IMG/VR virus record: IMGVR_UViG_3300033463_000085
Coordinates: 1-64,000 of that record
Length of the DNA: 64,000 nt
DNA from: a virus
Lineage: Duplodnaviria > Caudoviricetes
Reading direction: 5' to 3' (one strand)
Part shown: piece after piece, positions 1 to 11,362 of the stretch
Numbering within the stretch: position 1 is the first letter of the stretch
How the letters are laid out: every line of letters begins with the position of its first letter
The notes under the pieces: model-generated
Told to the model about the DNA's origin: nothing
Database searches by the model: none
What the model saw: the letters and a program-made list of their open reading frames with translations, nothing else
Made by a program: the position numbers and the translations under genes

Positions 1-28
1 GTTCGTATTCCTTTTTTATGTTTTGCGC

Positions 29-54
29 CCGCCGCTCCGTAAACTTCGCGGCGG
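29..54 (-). other. GC hairpin just downstream of the putative DGR variable region
   Basis: CCGCCGC (29-35) pairs with GCGGCGG (48-54), about 10 bp after the stop codon of the target gene. Confidence 0.45.
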
Positions 55-64
55 ATTGCAAGAT

Positions 65-2215
65 TTACCAGATTACACAGGCGGGAACGCCCGCACACGC
101 GTAGCACGCGTAGTAGTAGTTGTAGAGGTAGCCCGTGGCGTTGACAATCCACGCATCAAACGAGTAGCCCCGATTGGCCGACCGCAAGCGGCAATAGACC
201 GCCGAGCCGTGATTGTTGACCGCGAACTGTCGACGAGCACGCGCAATCCTGCACTTTGTGGCAAGATAGATGTAGTACGCCTCCGTGATTTCGGCGTAGG
301 CCGTGTTGTTCCACCGCCACATCTTTTTAGTGTCAGTGTCGAAGTAGACATTGGCCGCGTTGCCTGTCGCGGGGAATGAGGCGTATGTGCTCTCCACAAT
401 TGTCTTAGACAGGTAGTCCGTATAGCTCCTGTCGTCGTTGTTCACAACCCCAGTGTATGCACCCGTATCGTCGCGCCAAGCGTATACAAATCCGGTGTCT
501 TCGGCTATGTATGCAACTCCCGACGCGCCAGCAACGGGGAAAGAGGTTCTGTCCGCGAAGTTGCTGATTACGCATCCCGCGTCCAGCATCGCCCCATAGC
601 ACATGTCGCGCCAGTAGGGGAAAGTGCCTCTCTCGTTGGCGTTCACATTGCCATACATCTCGTTGCCGGACGGCAGCCAAAATTCGTCAAGTGTAGTATA
701 CACCGTGGATGGATTGTTCGGCCCGTCTGTGTTTGAGTTTGGCCATGTGGGAATCTTAACCTTCTTCACTGCTGCGAGGAGGTCTGGCGAGCAGCCGCGC
801 TTGTAGCCGTAGCGCGTCCAATGCTGCGGCGGCTGAATCTGCCCCGCGTGCTTCTGCGTCCACCATGCGCCGATGTCCGCGTCGGAGTTTAGATACTGGC
901 GATAGGCCGAATCGCGCCAGTTGTTGTGCCCGTAGCGAATCGCATTTTTTACATAATCGCCGCTCGACACATTGAGGGAGGTTCTGAACACAAGGAAATA
1001 TGTTGCATAGACTGTATCGAGCGAATCTCCTGCGGACAGCGATGTCTGCTTGGTCATGTCCGCTTCGAGCGTGTCGATTGTGACCATGCTCCAGTTTGTA
1101 GAGCCAGTCCACGCTCCGGCGGTGTACGACCCCGATTTGCGCTTGTATATGCGCGTGTCCCCTGCGACAGGGTCGGAATAGTAGACTAAATCATTCTCGG
1201 CATAGCTCGTACTCGTGCTGTACGCTGGAATCTTGCCGTCCGTGAGGTTGCCGACCGCGCCATCGAACTTGGAGGAATCCCAATCAGCGCCAACTGTTGT
1301 CGCGGCCTTGCACCTGTACAGCTTGCCGTCGTATGTGTAGAACTTGCCGGAAGCGCAGGCCGTGTCGGTGTCGAAAGCCCTGACCGTGAATCCGTAGTAG
1401 TATATGCCGTCCTGCGCAACAGACTCTGTGGCGATATCCTGATTGCGCTCGTCGAAAGCAATGGACTCCTGCGTGGCCCACTCGCGCATCATCACCGCGC
1501 CGACATGGGTTTCGCCGTCCTCGCCCTCGAATGCGTCGATGTCCACGCATATCATCGGGTTGCTCTGCGCAGTGCCGCCCTCGGTGGTCCACGTGTCGAG
1601 TATCTTCGCGCCTATTAAAGCATCCTTGATGAACGCAATCGACGCCGCGTCAGCCTCTGATGCCGTGTCGCCTTCGTCTATTCGCTCCGCATACTTGTCG
1701 GCGTAGAGGCGCGACACCGCAGTCTGTATGTGCGAGTAGGTTGTGAGGCGGCTGACGCCGTTTGTCCATCCGGCGTCGAGGTATGTCAGCGTTAGATATG
1801 TCACATTGTCCTCGGCATATCCATCGGCTGTCGTAGGCGAGAAATGGTATGGAACGGAGTCCGTTATGTCTACATGGTAGTGCATTCCGGGCGGAACAAC
1901 AAACGCGACTGGCGAGCCGTTGTAGTTTGTTGTTGCGACCAGAGTTCTGATTCCGCCGTCCGCGACCTCGTAGATGCTTACTGTCTGGTTCTCGACCGCC
2001 ACATCGTCCTGCGTAAGCGCAGTGACGACGACGCGGTTGCCCAACTGCACCATCGCCATCTGCTCTTCGAGAGTTGTGATTCGGTACGCTAGGTTTGTGA
2101 CCTGCGAATATGTCGCGGCACGAACCTTGTTGGTTGTTGTGGTCGCCGCATCAAGGCGCGGCGTTGCAAATAGTGCCGTCGCAAGCGCGAGGCATAGTGC
2201 TGTCAGTTTTTTCAT
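65..2215 (-). CDS. Signal-peptide protein with C-terminal DUF6273/CLec-like domain; probable DGR target (adhesin or receptor-binding protein)
   Basis: N-term MKKLTALCLALATALFATPRLDA; NNWRDSAYRQYLNS, EFWLPSGNE, CRLRSAN...GVPACVIW motifs. Confidence 0.75.
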   Translation of the reverse strand: MKKLTALCLALATALFATPRLDAATTTTNKVRAATYSQVTNLAYRITTLEEQMAMVQLGNRVVVTALTQDDVAVENQTVSIYEVADGGIRTLVATTNYNGSPVAFVVPPGMHYHVDITDSVPYHFSPTTADGYAEDNVTYLTLTYLDAGWTNGVSRLTTYSHIQTAVSRLYADKYAERIDEGDTASEADAASIAFIKDALIGAKILDTWTTEGGTAQSNPMICVDIDAFEGEDGETHVGAVMMREWATQESIAFDERNQDIATESVAQDGIYYYGFTVRAFDTDTACASGKFYTYDGKLYRCKAATTVGADWDSSKFDGAVGNLTDGKIPAYSTSTSYAENDLVYYSDPVAGDTRIYKRKSGSYTAGAWTGSTNWSMVTIDTLEADMTKQTSLSAGDSLDTVYATYFLVFRTSLNVSSGDYVKNAIRYGHNNWRDSAYRQYLNSDADIGAWWTQKHAGQIQPPQHWTRYGYKRGCSPDLLAAVKKVKIPTWPNSNTDGPNNPSTVYTTLDEFWLPSGNEMYGNVNANERGTFPYWRDMCYGAMLDAGCVISNFADRTSFPVAGASGVAYIAEDTGFVYAWRDDTGAYTGVVNNDDRSYTDYLSKTIVESTYASFPATGNAANVYFDTDTKKMWRWNNTAYAEITEAYYIYLATKCRIARARRQFAVNNHGSAVYCRLRSANRGYSFDAWIVNATGYLYNYYYACYACAGVPACVIW
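75..200 (-). repeat. Putative DGR variable region (VR)
   Basis: Run of NNC/NNT codons (TAC, TTT, GAT, ATT, GCC, TGC, TGT) between invariant codons, as expected from AAC/AAT template codons; template not in window. Confidence 0.65.
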
Positions 2216-2218
2216 TGT

Positions 2219-3319
2219 TTATTGTTCCTCTGTTGTTGTTATTTTCACAAAATAGATTTCATCATCGCTAACTACGTCAATGAACATATCGGATGGCACT
2301 GTCGGTACATCCTCCTTGAGGGCTAGTGTGCCATTTTTGTCCGGCAAGGTCAGATACGCCGCGCCATTCATAATGCTACCATAGCCGTATCTTGTGAACG
2401 AGCCCGAATTTTTGTCGTAGACATCAATAAATGTCCCGCCCGCCTCGGCGGAGAATTCTATATAGTAGCCATCGCCAAGCGTCGGGAACAATATTGTCTG
2501 CGTTCCGGTGTTGCCGAGCTTTCCGGCGAGCAAGCCTACCATTACGCCGTGCAGGGCGTTAGTCGATGAATCGGTGTAGCTCTTCGCGTTGCTGACGCCG
2601 TTTTTGAGCGCGTTGGCTGTCGGGGCGTACGATGTCGAGGACGATGTGTAGGTGTCGTTCAGCTGGACTATGCCGGATTGCGAAGTGGAGGCAGAGCGCA
2701 CGGTTTTCTTCGTCGCGGTGATTACGCCGTTCGCGTTCTGCGATATTGTGTCTATGAACTGGTATGTGTTGCCGTTCGCCGACGGGCTGCTGACGGCGCT
2801 CTGCGTCGGCTTGTAGCTTGCCAGCTCCATGCGGCGGACGACGCCGTTGTTTGCGGTCGTGCTCCAGTCGAAGTCGACTGTGGAGCCGTTGCGGTGGACT
2901 GCGACGCCGTTGTGGGCGTACGATGTGTAGTCGTCGCCGTTCTTTGTCCGTATGCCGCCGTAAGGCCCTCCAGTCTGTCCGTCCACGGAGCTTGCGACGG
3001 GGAAGACGATTGTGTTCCCCGCTTCGACCTCGTGGAATCCGGCGGTCGCAAGGATGAAGCTGTTGAGCGAGAATGTGTATGCGCTGTTCCACTTGGTGCG
3101 CTCCGCCGCCGTTATGTGAACCGTGGTGTTCCCCGTGTGATTTGTGAGGTCGGAGCCCTTGGCGAAGCCAGCCGCCGTGCGCACCTGCGCGAGCGTGTTG
3201 GTCGGCGGGACATCCCACCATTCCGTGTTCTCCGTGACGGCCGGAGCGGTGAGCGCGAATGCGATAGCCGCCGCCGCGACCGCGATTCCGGCCAGTATCT
3301 TTCCTGTCTTGTGCTTCAT
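2219..3319 (-). CDS. Signal-peptide protein with phage tail-fibre repeat
   Basis: MKHKTGKILAGIAVAAAAIAFALTAPA leader; ASTSQSGIVQLNDTYTSSSTSYAPTANALK resembles the phage tail-fibre repeat; start refined to ATG 3319. Confidence 0.65.
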   Translation of the reverse strand: MKHKTGKILAGIAVAAAAIAFALTAPAVTENTEWWDVPPTNTLAQVRTAAGFAKGSDLTNHTGNTTVHITAAERTKWNSAYTFSLNSFILATAGFHEVEAGNTIVFPVASSVDGQTGGPYGGIRTKNGDDYTSYAHNGVAVHRNGSTVDFDWSTTANNGVVRRMELASYKPTQSAVSSPSANGNTYQFIDTISQNANGVITATKKTVRSASTSQSGIVQLNDTYTSSSTSYAPTANALKNGVSNAKSYTDSSTNALHGVMVGLLAGKLGNTGTQTILFPTLGDGYYIEFSAEAGGTFIDVYDKNSGSFTRYGYGSIMNGAAYLTLPDKNGTLALKEDVPTVPSDMFIDVVSDDEIYFVKITTTEEQ

Positions 3320-3367
3320 GAGCCGTTTTTCCTTTCTGCTTTGCAAGTCGTTTCTTCCTCGGTGCTC

Positions 3368-3919
3368 CTACTGCGCCACCTTGCCGCCGAGGGCCTTCCA
3401 CAGCCTCTTTGTCGCATCCGCGACCTCGCGGGCTGTCGGAGCGTCCGGCATTTCGTCGCCGTCCATCGCGTTTGCGATTGCGTCGATCTCGTCCTGGAGC
3501 TGCTTTGCGCTCCTGAACTGGTCGAGGTTCGCTGGCGTTCCCTCGCCGAGGCCGAGGGGCCATTCGCCGACGGTATGCTTGGTAGAGAAGTGGAGCTTGC
3601 GGACGCTCCCGATGTCGTCAAGAACCATGTCGCATTCGATTTCTCCGCCGCCAGCCGCCTTGAGGGCTTTCAGCATCCGCACGGTGTTTAGATTTAGGGC
3701 GAAAACGAGGTCGTCGCCGTCAACGGAGAAGGCGTCGTCGTCGGCCAGAGGAAACAGGGCGACGGCGACCCCTGCGTAGATTAGCCGGAAGCGGAGGTCT
3801 TGCGTAAGGATTTGAGCGCAGGAAACGAGCCGGACGGCGATGTGCTCGCCGCCGCTCATCCTCCCCGAAGCCCTCGCGGACTTCGTTTCAAGGTCTGGTG
3901 TTATGGTCAGTTCAGCCAT
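3368..3919 (-). CDS. Hypothetical tail/baseplate-associated protein
   Basis: Clean 183-aa ORF with RBS and late motif; C-terminus resembles that of the collagen-like protein. Confidence 0.7.
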   Translation of the reverse strand: MAELTITPDLETKSARASGRMSGGEHIAVRLVSCAQILTQDLRFRLIYAGVAVALFPLADDDAFSVDGDDLVFALNLNTVRMLKALKAAGGGEIECDMVLDDIGSVRKLHFSTKHTVGEWPLGLGEGTPANLDQFRSAKQLQDEIDAIANAMDGDEMPDAPTAREVADATKRLWKALGGKVAQ

Positions 3920-3949
3920 GTCTCTAGCCTTTGCCTCGTCCGTAAACTA

Positions 3950-6653
<2,704 letters not shown>

Positions 6654-6662
6654 TCATTGAAA

Positions 6663-6676
6663 GCCGCCTCCGTCAA
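6663..6676 (-). promoter_or_regulatory. Late-gene motif TTGAC-N5-CGGC
   Basis: TTGACGGAGGCGGC, 22 bp upstream of the collagen fibre start. Confidence 0.7.
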
Positions 6677-6695
6677 CCGCAGGCGGGGTTTGTAT

Positions 6696-9440
6696 TTACT
6701 GTTGGCCTCCGGCGGGTTGTCCGCCGCTGTCGAATCGGCTCCACAATTCCGCCGTCTTTTCCTCTACCTCCGGCCAGTATTCGGAGTTTATGTTGCCGCC
6801 GGAGCTCGTATTCGCTCCAGTCAGCGTCGGGAATTCGTATTCAACAACGAGGAGCAAGCAGGTCTCGCATTTGCTGTTGTAGTACCAGTTGTAGCCGCCT
6901 GACATCTGACGTGCTATCGGCGGAACTTCGCACTCCCATATCTCACGGCCCTCGGTGTTTATGCTCCATATATCCTCGTTGATATAGCTGGGCATCAAGG
7001 CGAGACGCGTGGCGTATCTGTCGTTGTATGCGGCGGCGTATGCGTCGGCCCTCGCCTCTTCCGCCCGTCTTATCGCCGCTTGCCGCGCTTCCCAATTCTC
7101 AATCTGTCTTGCCGCCTCGTATGCTGCGTTGTATGCGTCGTTTGCGGCGGCGTATGCTTCGTCGAAAGCGTCGCCAGCCGCATCCCACGCGTCGGTATAT
7201 TCCTTTTTCTTCGCGGCAATCTCGTCGGCCTTTGCATCGGTTATGGCATCCAACTCATCGCCCATCTCGTCGCTCAACCCGTATCTATTCGTCCAATACT
7301 CATCCCATATTGCATCCGTGACATCATATCTTTCGTTCTCCCTCGTCCTAATGGCCGCGTCCCTGCTTGACCGGATGGAGTTTATCTGCGTGTTTGCAGA
7401 GCTTCGAATGGACGACTTGCTCGCGTTGGCGGCGCTCTGCATGTCTGCGATGCTGGCGCGAACCTCGCGTAGAATTTCCGCTTTTTCGTCCTTGTCCTCC
7501 GTGGCATCAATCCGTATGTTCGCCTCGATGCTGGCACCCTCGATACTTCTGATTAGCTGGAGGTCGACTTCCGCTATCTGCGCGTCTCGCGAAGCCTCAA
7601 CAGCCTCAATCTGTTCTTGGAATTGCTCGGTTATTTCGGCAATATCAGAATCGCATTCTGCAACGGCTGCATTGTACCTCTCGATAAATTCGGAATAGAC
7701 TCTCCTATATTCGTCAAAGTAGCGGTCGTATATCGCGTCAATGGCTTCACATTCACTCTGACAGGCGAGGCCTTTCTTCGTGAAGTTTACGACGCGCCAC
7801 TGCCATTTGTTGCCTTTGAAATAGTGCCGACCGTCAAAATGCTCCAAATCGTCGTATGTTGTTTTAGTCTCGTTCTCCGAAACCTTGATAATGCCTTTTA
7901 CACTCTTGATCTTGCCAACCGTGTATCGTGTGCCTAGACGGACAAAGAATTTCGTGCCGCCTCCGGCAATCGCGTAGTTGTATTGGTATGGCTGCGGATA
8001 ACTCTCTGGGTCGCCATTGCCGTACGCAACCCTCGATGCGTCGGCGTTGCCGTTGCCGAATCCGCCAAGCGTGTGGTGGTGTGCGCCGCAATCAACATTC
8101 ATTCGGTAGTCTTGGTATGTGACATAGCTCTGGACATTCCATGTCGCATAGTATGGCTGCCGCGACATACCGACCTTCCACGAACCCTTGTAGAGCATCA
8201 TGTCGCCGTCGGCGAACAGTCGCTCCAGAACGCGCCACATGTACGGCATGAATATGTGTGCGTTGCGATAGTTCATGAAGTTGTCAATTATATGGCTTTT
8301 TAGGGCGAGGTTCCTGATGTCATGGTCTACGCCAGTGCATTCTTCGTGCCCGTCGCAGTTTATCCTGTATTGACACGATTCCTTTACCGTGTCGTAATAC
8401 GCCTTGTTGTTAAGGTGCATCGTGCCGCGATACAGGAATTCCGCATCGTCCAATGCCTTGTCGTAGTTTTCGGAATTCGCATCCCACGCCCTACTGTATT
8501 CGGCGCTGGCCTCGTTTATGAATTTTTCTGTTGCGGCGTCTATTTCCGCAACGCGCCTGTAGTATCTGTAGTTGTTTTCCGATATGGCCTTGGCACAGGC
8601 GTCCTTTGCCCTCTGTATTCTTTCGCCCTTGTTGTCCTCGTCATCCTCCTCGATTGCCTCTATTTCCGCATCCCGCGCCTCTTCAAGGGCCTCGTTTGCC
8701 GAGTCAAGGCTGTCCTTTAGCTGGTTCTTGGTTGCCGTGTCGCTCGACTGCCTCTGGCGATATTGGTCGTATGACGCGTTATACTGGGCCGAAATCCTGT
8801 CGTTCTCCGCCACATATGCGTCGTAGGCCGAACTTCGCGTTTCGCTATATATGTCCTCCGCCTCCTCGTCCGCTTCGTATCTTGCATCGCCCGCATTGTC
8901 GTCTATGTAGAACTCCTCCCACGATGTGTCGTTCGATTCCTCGGCATATCCTCCTTTCTCAATCGTCTGTGCCGGAAAGGCCATGTCTTTGCGCCAAGGC
9001 AGGAGAAATCCGTCGCCAATGACACCGCTGTTGCTGCCGCTCCCGCTTGCGGATACAATAACGCTGGATTTGGACGAGGAATGGTATATCACCACGCCGT
9101 TTGAGAATATGTTAAATATCCCTAAAACATCCAAGTAGCCCAGAAGCGACTCGACTATCGAATCCCACGCGCCGTTTCCGCAAATCTTCTGTATAGTTTC
9201 GCCATAACGAAGGCGGCCTGTCGTTTCGCTCAAGAAGTCGTCTTTCTGTCGCGGGAAATCGCGCTCTATGACGGCCTCCTCAAGAAACGCCTCGTCCTCG
9301 CCACGGAATATGCGCTTCTGATTGCGCAACGGAAGAATGCTGCCGTCTATTCGTATCTTGCGCAGGGCTTCGGCGGGGACGAAGCGGTATTGCTCCTTCG
9401 AATCCAACATTTCGCAAAGCCTCCCTACGAATTGTACCAA
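6696..9440 (-). CDS. Large hypothetical virion protein with acidic helical repeats
   Basis: 914-aa ORF in tail operon; two long A/E/D/Y/R-rich helical segments. Confidence 0.75.
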   Translation of the reverse strand: MVQFVGRLCEMLDSKEQYRFVPAEALRKIRIDGSILPLRNQKRIFRGEDEAFLEEAVIERDFPRQKDDFLSETTGRLRYGETIQKICGNGAWDSIVESLLGYLDVLGIFNIFSNGVVIYHSSSKSSVIVSASGSGSNSGVIGDGFLLPWRKDMAFPAQTIEKGGYAEESNDTSWEEFYIDDNAGDARYEADEEAEDIYSETRSSAYDAYVAENDRISAQYNASYDQYRQRQSSDTATKNQLKDSLDSANEALEEARDAEIEAIEEDDEDNKGERIQRAKDACAKAISENNYRYYRRVAEIDAATEKFINEASAEYSRAWDANSENYDKALDDAEFLYRGTMHLNNKAYYDTVKESCQYRINCDGHEECTGVDHDIRNLALKSHIIDNFMNYRNAHIFMPYMWRVLERLFADGDMMLYKGSWKVGMSRQPYYATWNVQSYVTYQDYRMNVDCGAHHHTLGGFGNGNADASRVAYGNGDPESYPQPYQYNYAIAGGGTKFFVRLGTRYTVGKIKSVKGIIKVSENETKTTYDDLEHFDGRHYFKGNKWQWRVVNFTKKGLACQSECEAIDAIYDRYFDEYRRVYSEFIERYNAAVAECDSDIAEITEQFQEQIEAVEASRDAQIAEVDLQLIRSIEGASIEANIRIDATEDKDEKAEILREVRASIADMQSAANASKSSIRSSANTQINSIRSSRDAAIRTRENERYDVTDAIWDEYWTNRYGLSDEMGDELDAITDAKADEIAAKKKEYTDAWDAAGDAFDEAYAAANDAYNAAYEAARQIENWEARQAAIRRAEEARADAYAAAYNDRYATRLALMPSYINEDIWSINTEGREIWECEVPPIARQMSGGYNWYYNSKCETCLLLVVEYEFPTLTGANTSSGGNINSEYWPEVEEKTAELWSRFDSGGQPAGGQQ

Positions 9441-10426
9441 GGAACATTCGTCACGCGGAATCGGTTGTCGGCCGTTGGCACATTGTCTGAAAGATTGTAG
9501 ATTGAAATGTAGGTGTTGTCGTCGTCGTTTTCCTCCGCGTCCTCCGCATCAATCACCTCGACCTCGAACTCTTCCTCCTCGTGCGTTATGTGGACCACAA
9601 CCTCCGTGAAGTCCGAAATATCCGTGTCGTCGGCGATGTCGAGAGTTTCCCTGCCGAATATGAAATGCTGCTTCGTTAGATACGGCTTCCATTCCGCATC
9701 CTTTGAATTCACATTGTCGTCGGTCTTGTATGTTATGGAAAGCGTAGAATAGTCGTCCCTCGTAATTGTCTGGCCGGACGTGTACCATTGGAACGCACTC
9801 CTGTTTTTTACGGTATTGCCGTCCCTGTCCTCGCTCTCCGTGATGTATATGGAGCCCACCTGCATAACACCGCCGCTAAATACGGTCTTGACCGCATCGC
9901 CCGTGCTTTTCGTTGTGACTTCGCAGAGGGGCCAAGGGGCCATCCTTATCCTCACAGACCAAGACAGCGCGGCGTGTCCGTCCAATGTCGTCGAACTTGC
10001 GTCCGCAATCTCCGGGTCTGGAATCTTGTACCATTGGTATATTTCGTTTCCTTCATCGTCCGTCGCAGCGTCGTTGGCCGGGATGAAGGCAAGCGTCTGT
10101 TGCGATTTCGTCCCGAAATACGACCGAAGGGACAGGCATCCGTGCGGCATGTAAATCTGCCACTCTCCGGCGTTCGGGTTTGGGTGCTCTGGGTCTGTGT
10201 CGTATGAGAACCACCTTATCGCAAACGGCTTCAACGATTCCTTTGTGACAGTCGTTGCCGCGACCCCTCCGGGAGTGCCGTTTATCCTCGTCCCGTTCGG
10301 CGTGTAGTCGACGGTTATGTTCTTTCCGGCGATTATTCGGCTCGCACGAAGCTCGCGGATGATGTCTCGGGCGAAGTTCGCGGAAAGGCCCTCGCCGACG
10401 ATAGGGGTGTTTGGCGTCCTGCGCAT
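9425..10426 (-). CDS. Hypothetical tail protein
   Basis: 333-aa ORF in tail operon, overlapping next gene. Confidence 0.7.
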   Translation of the reverse strand: MRRTPNTPIVGEGLSANFARDIIRELRASRIIAGKNITVDYTPNGTRINGTPGGVAATTVTKESLKPFAIRWFSYDTDPEHPNPNAGEWQIYMPHGCLSLRSYFGTKSQQTLAFIPANDAATDDEGNEIYQWYKIPDPEIADASSTTLDGHAALSWSVRIRMAPWPLCEVTTKSTGDAVKTVFSGGVMQVGSIYITESEDRDGNTVKNRSAFQWYTSGQTITRDDYSTLSITYKTDDNVNSKDAEWKPYLTKQHFIFGRETLDIADDTDISDFTEVVVHITHEEEEFEVEVIDAEDAEENDDDNTYISIYNLSDNVPTADNRFRVTNVPWYNS

Positions 10427-10441
10427 TCCGTCGTCCTCCCG

Positions 10442-11317
10442 TTAGTTCTCGTCGGCATCCATGTAAATCCACGCGTGGGTCTTGTCGTTCGTGAAAACCC
10501 ACTCCTCCTCGCGCTGCCAAGTGCCGTCCGCGTTCTGAACATACCTGTCCTTGGACTTGTACCAGCCCTGCGTGCTTGTCGTGTTGTAGCCCTGTATCTG
10601 GAAGCCGAAGCCGTCGTCCCACTTGCCGATGTTAGTGGAATAACGAAGCGTCCCCGAAAGCTCGTGCGTCGTGTCGTTCTGCGAGAGGCCCGGAGGCTCC
10701 TTGAGGTAGAGCGATATCTTCGACACGACGGGGAGGTAGACATTGTATGTCTCGATTCCGGCGATTACGGCCTTGCAGTATTTTATGGCGGTCGCATCCG
10801 TAATCTCCGTGTAGGGGGCGTATGGCGACGAGGCGCTGCCGGATTCGTCGAGATAGACGAACTTGTCGCTGTCCCTGTCGTCGCCCCATATCACACGCGC
10901 ACCAGCCGCCGTCTCGTTCCATCGCTGGATGTATTGGAGGCTTCCGGCGTTCCTTCGGAAGAGCGGATGCGACATGAGGCTCTTCTGAACCTCCTGCATG
11001 TCGATGTTGTAGGTGATGTGGTATGGCTGGCTTGTCGATTGGGCGTAGACTAGGTTTGCGCGGAGGACGCCGACATCGCCTCCCTCGCGCTGGCAAGCGA
11101 GCGTCTTTATCCTGTAGCCGAAGAAGGTGTCGCCCTTTGATGCGTTCACGAGAAGGCCCGCGTCGTCGCCCGCGCCCTTCGACCGTATTATGTTCTCGAG
11201 GACATTGTAGCGACCGACAATCTCGACTTCTAGCGTCGTGTTGTCGCTCTTGGTTATCGTCCGCACCTCTGTAGGCGCGGAGCCGTGAGCAATCTCACCT
11301 ATGTAGTTGGTAGCCAT
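10442..11317 (-). CDS. Hypothetical distal tail protein
   Basis: 291-aa ORF directly after tape measure, with RBS. Confidence 0.7.
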   Translation of the reverse strand: MATNYIGEIAHGSAPTEVRTITKSDNTTLEVEIVGRYNVLENIIRSKGAGDDAGLLVNASKGDTFFGYRIKTLACQREGGDVGVLRANLVYAQSTSQPYHITYNIDMQEVQKSLMSHPLFRRNAGSLQYIQRWNETAAGARVIWGDDRDSDKFVYLDESGSASSPYAPYTEITDATAIKYCKAVIAGIETYNVYLPVVSKISLYLKEPPGLSQNDTTHELSGTLRYSTNIGKWDDGFGFQIQGYNTTSTQGWYKSKDRYVQNADGTWQREEEWVFTNDKTHAWIYMDADEN

Positions 11318-11362
11318 GCCTTTCGTGTCCTCCGTTTGTGCGCCGCCGTCGGCGCGTTCCCG

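Noticed and set aside
6663-6686. Late motif as an RNA stem-loop element
   Set aside because: Stems enclose the motif at 6663 and 43228 only; the other seven copies lack a matching 5' arm, so a DNA site is more likely.
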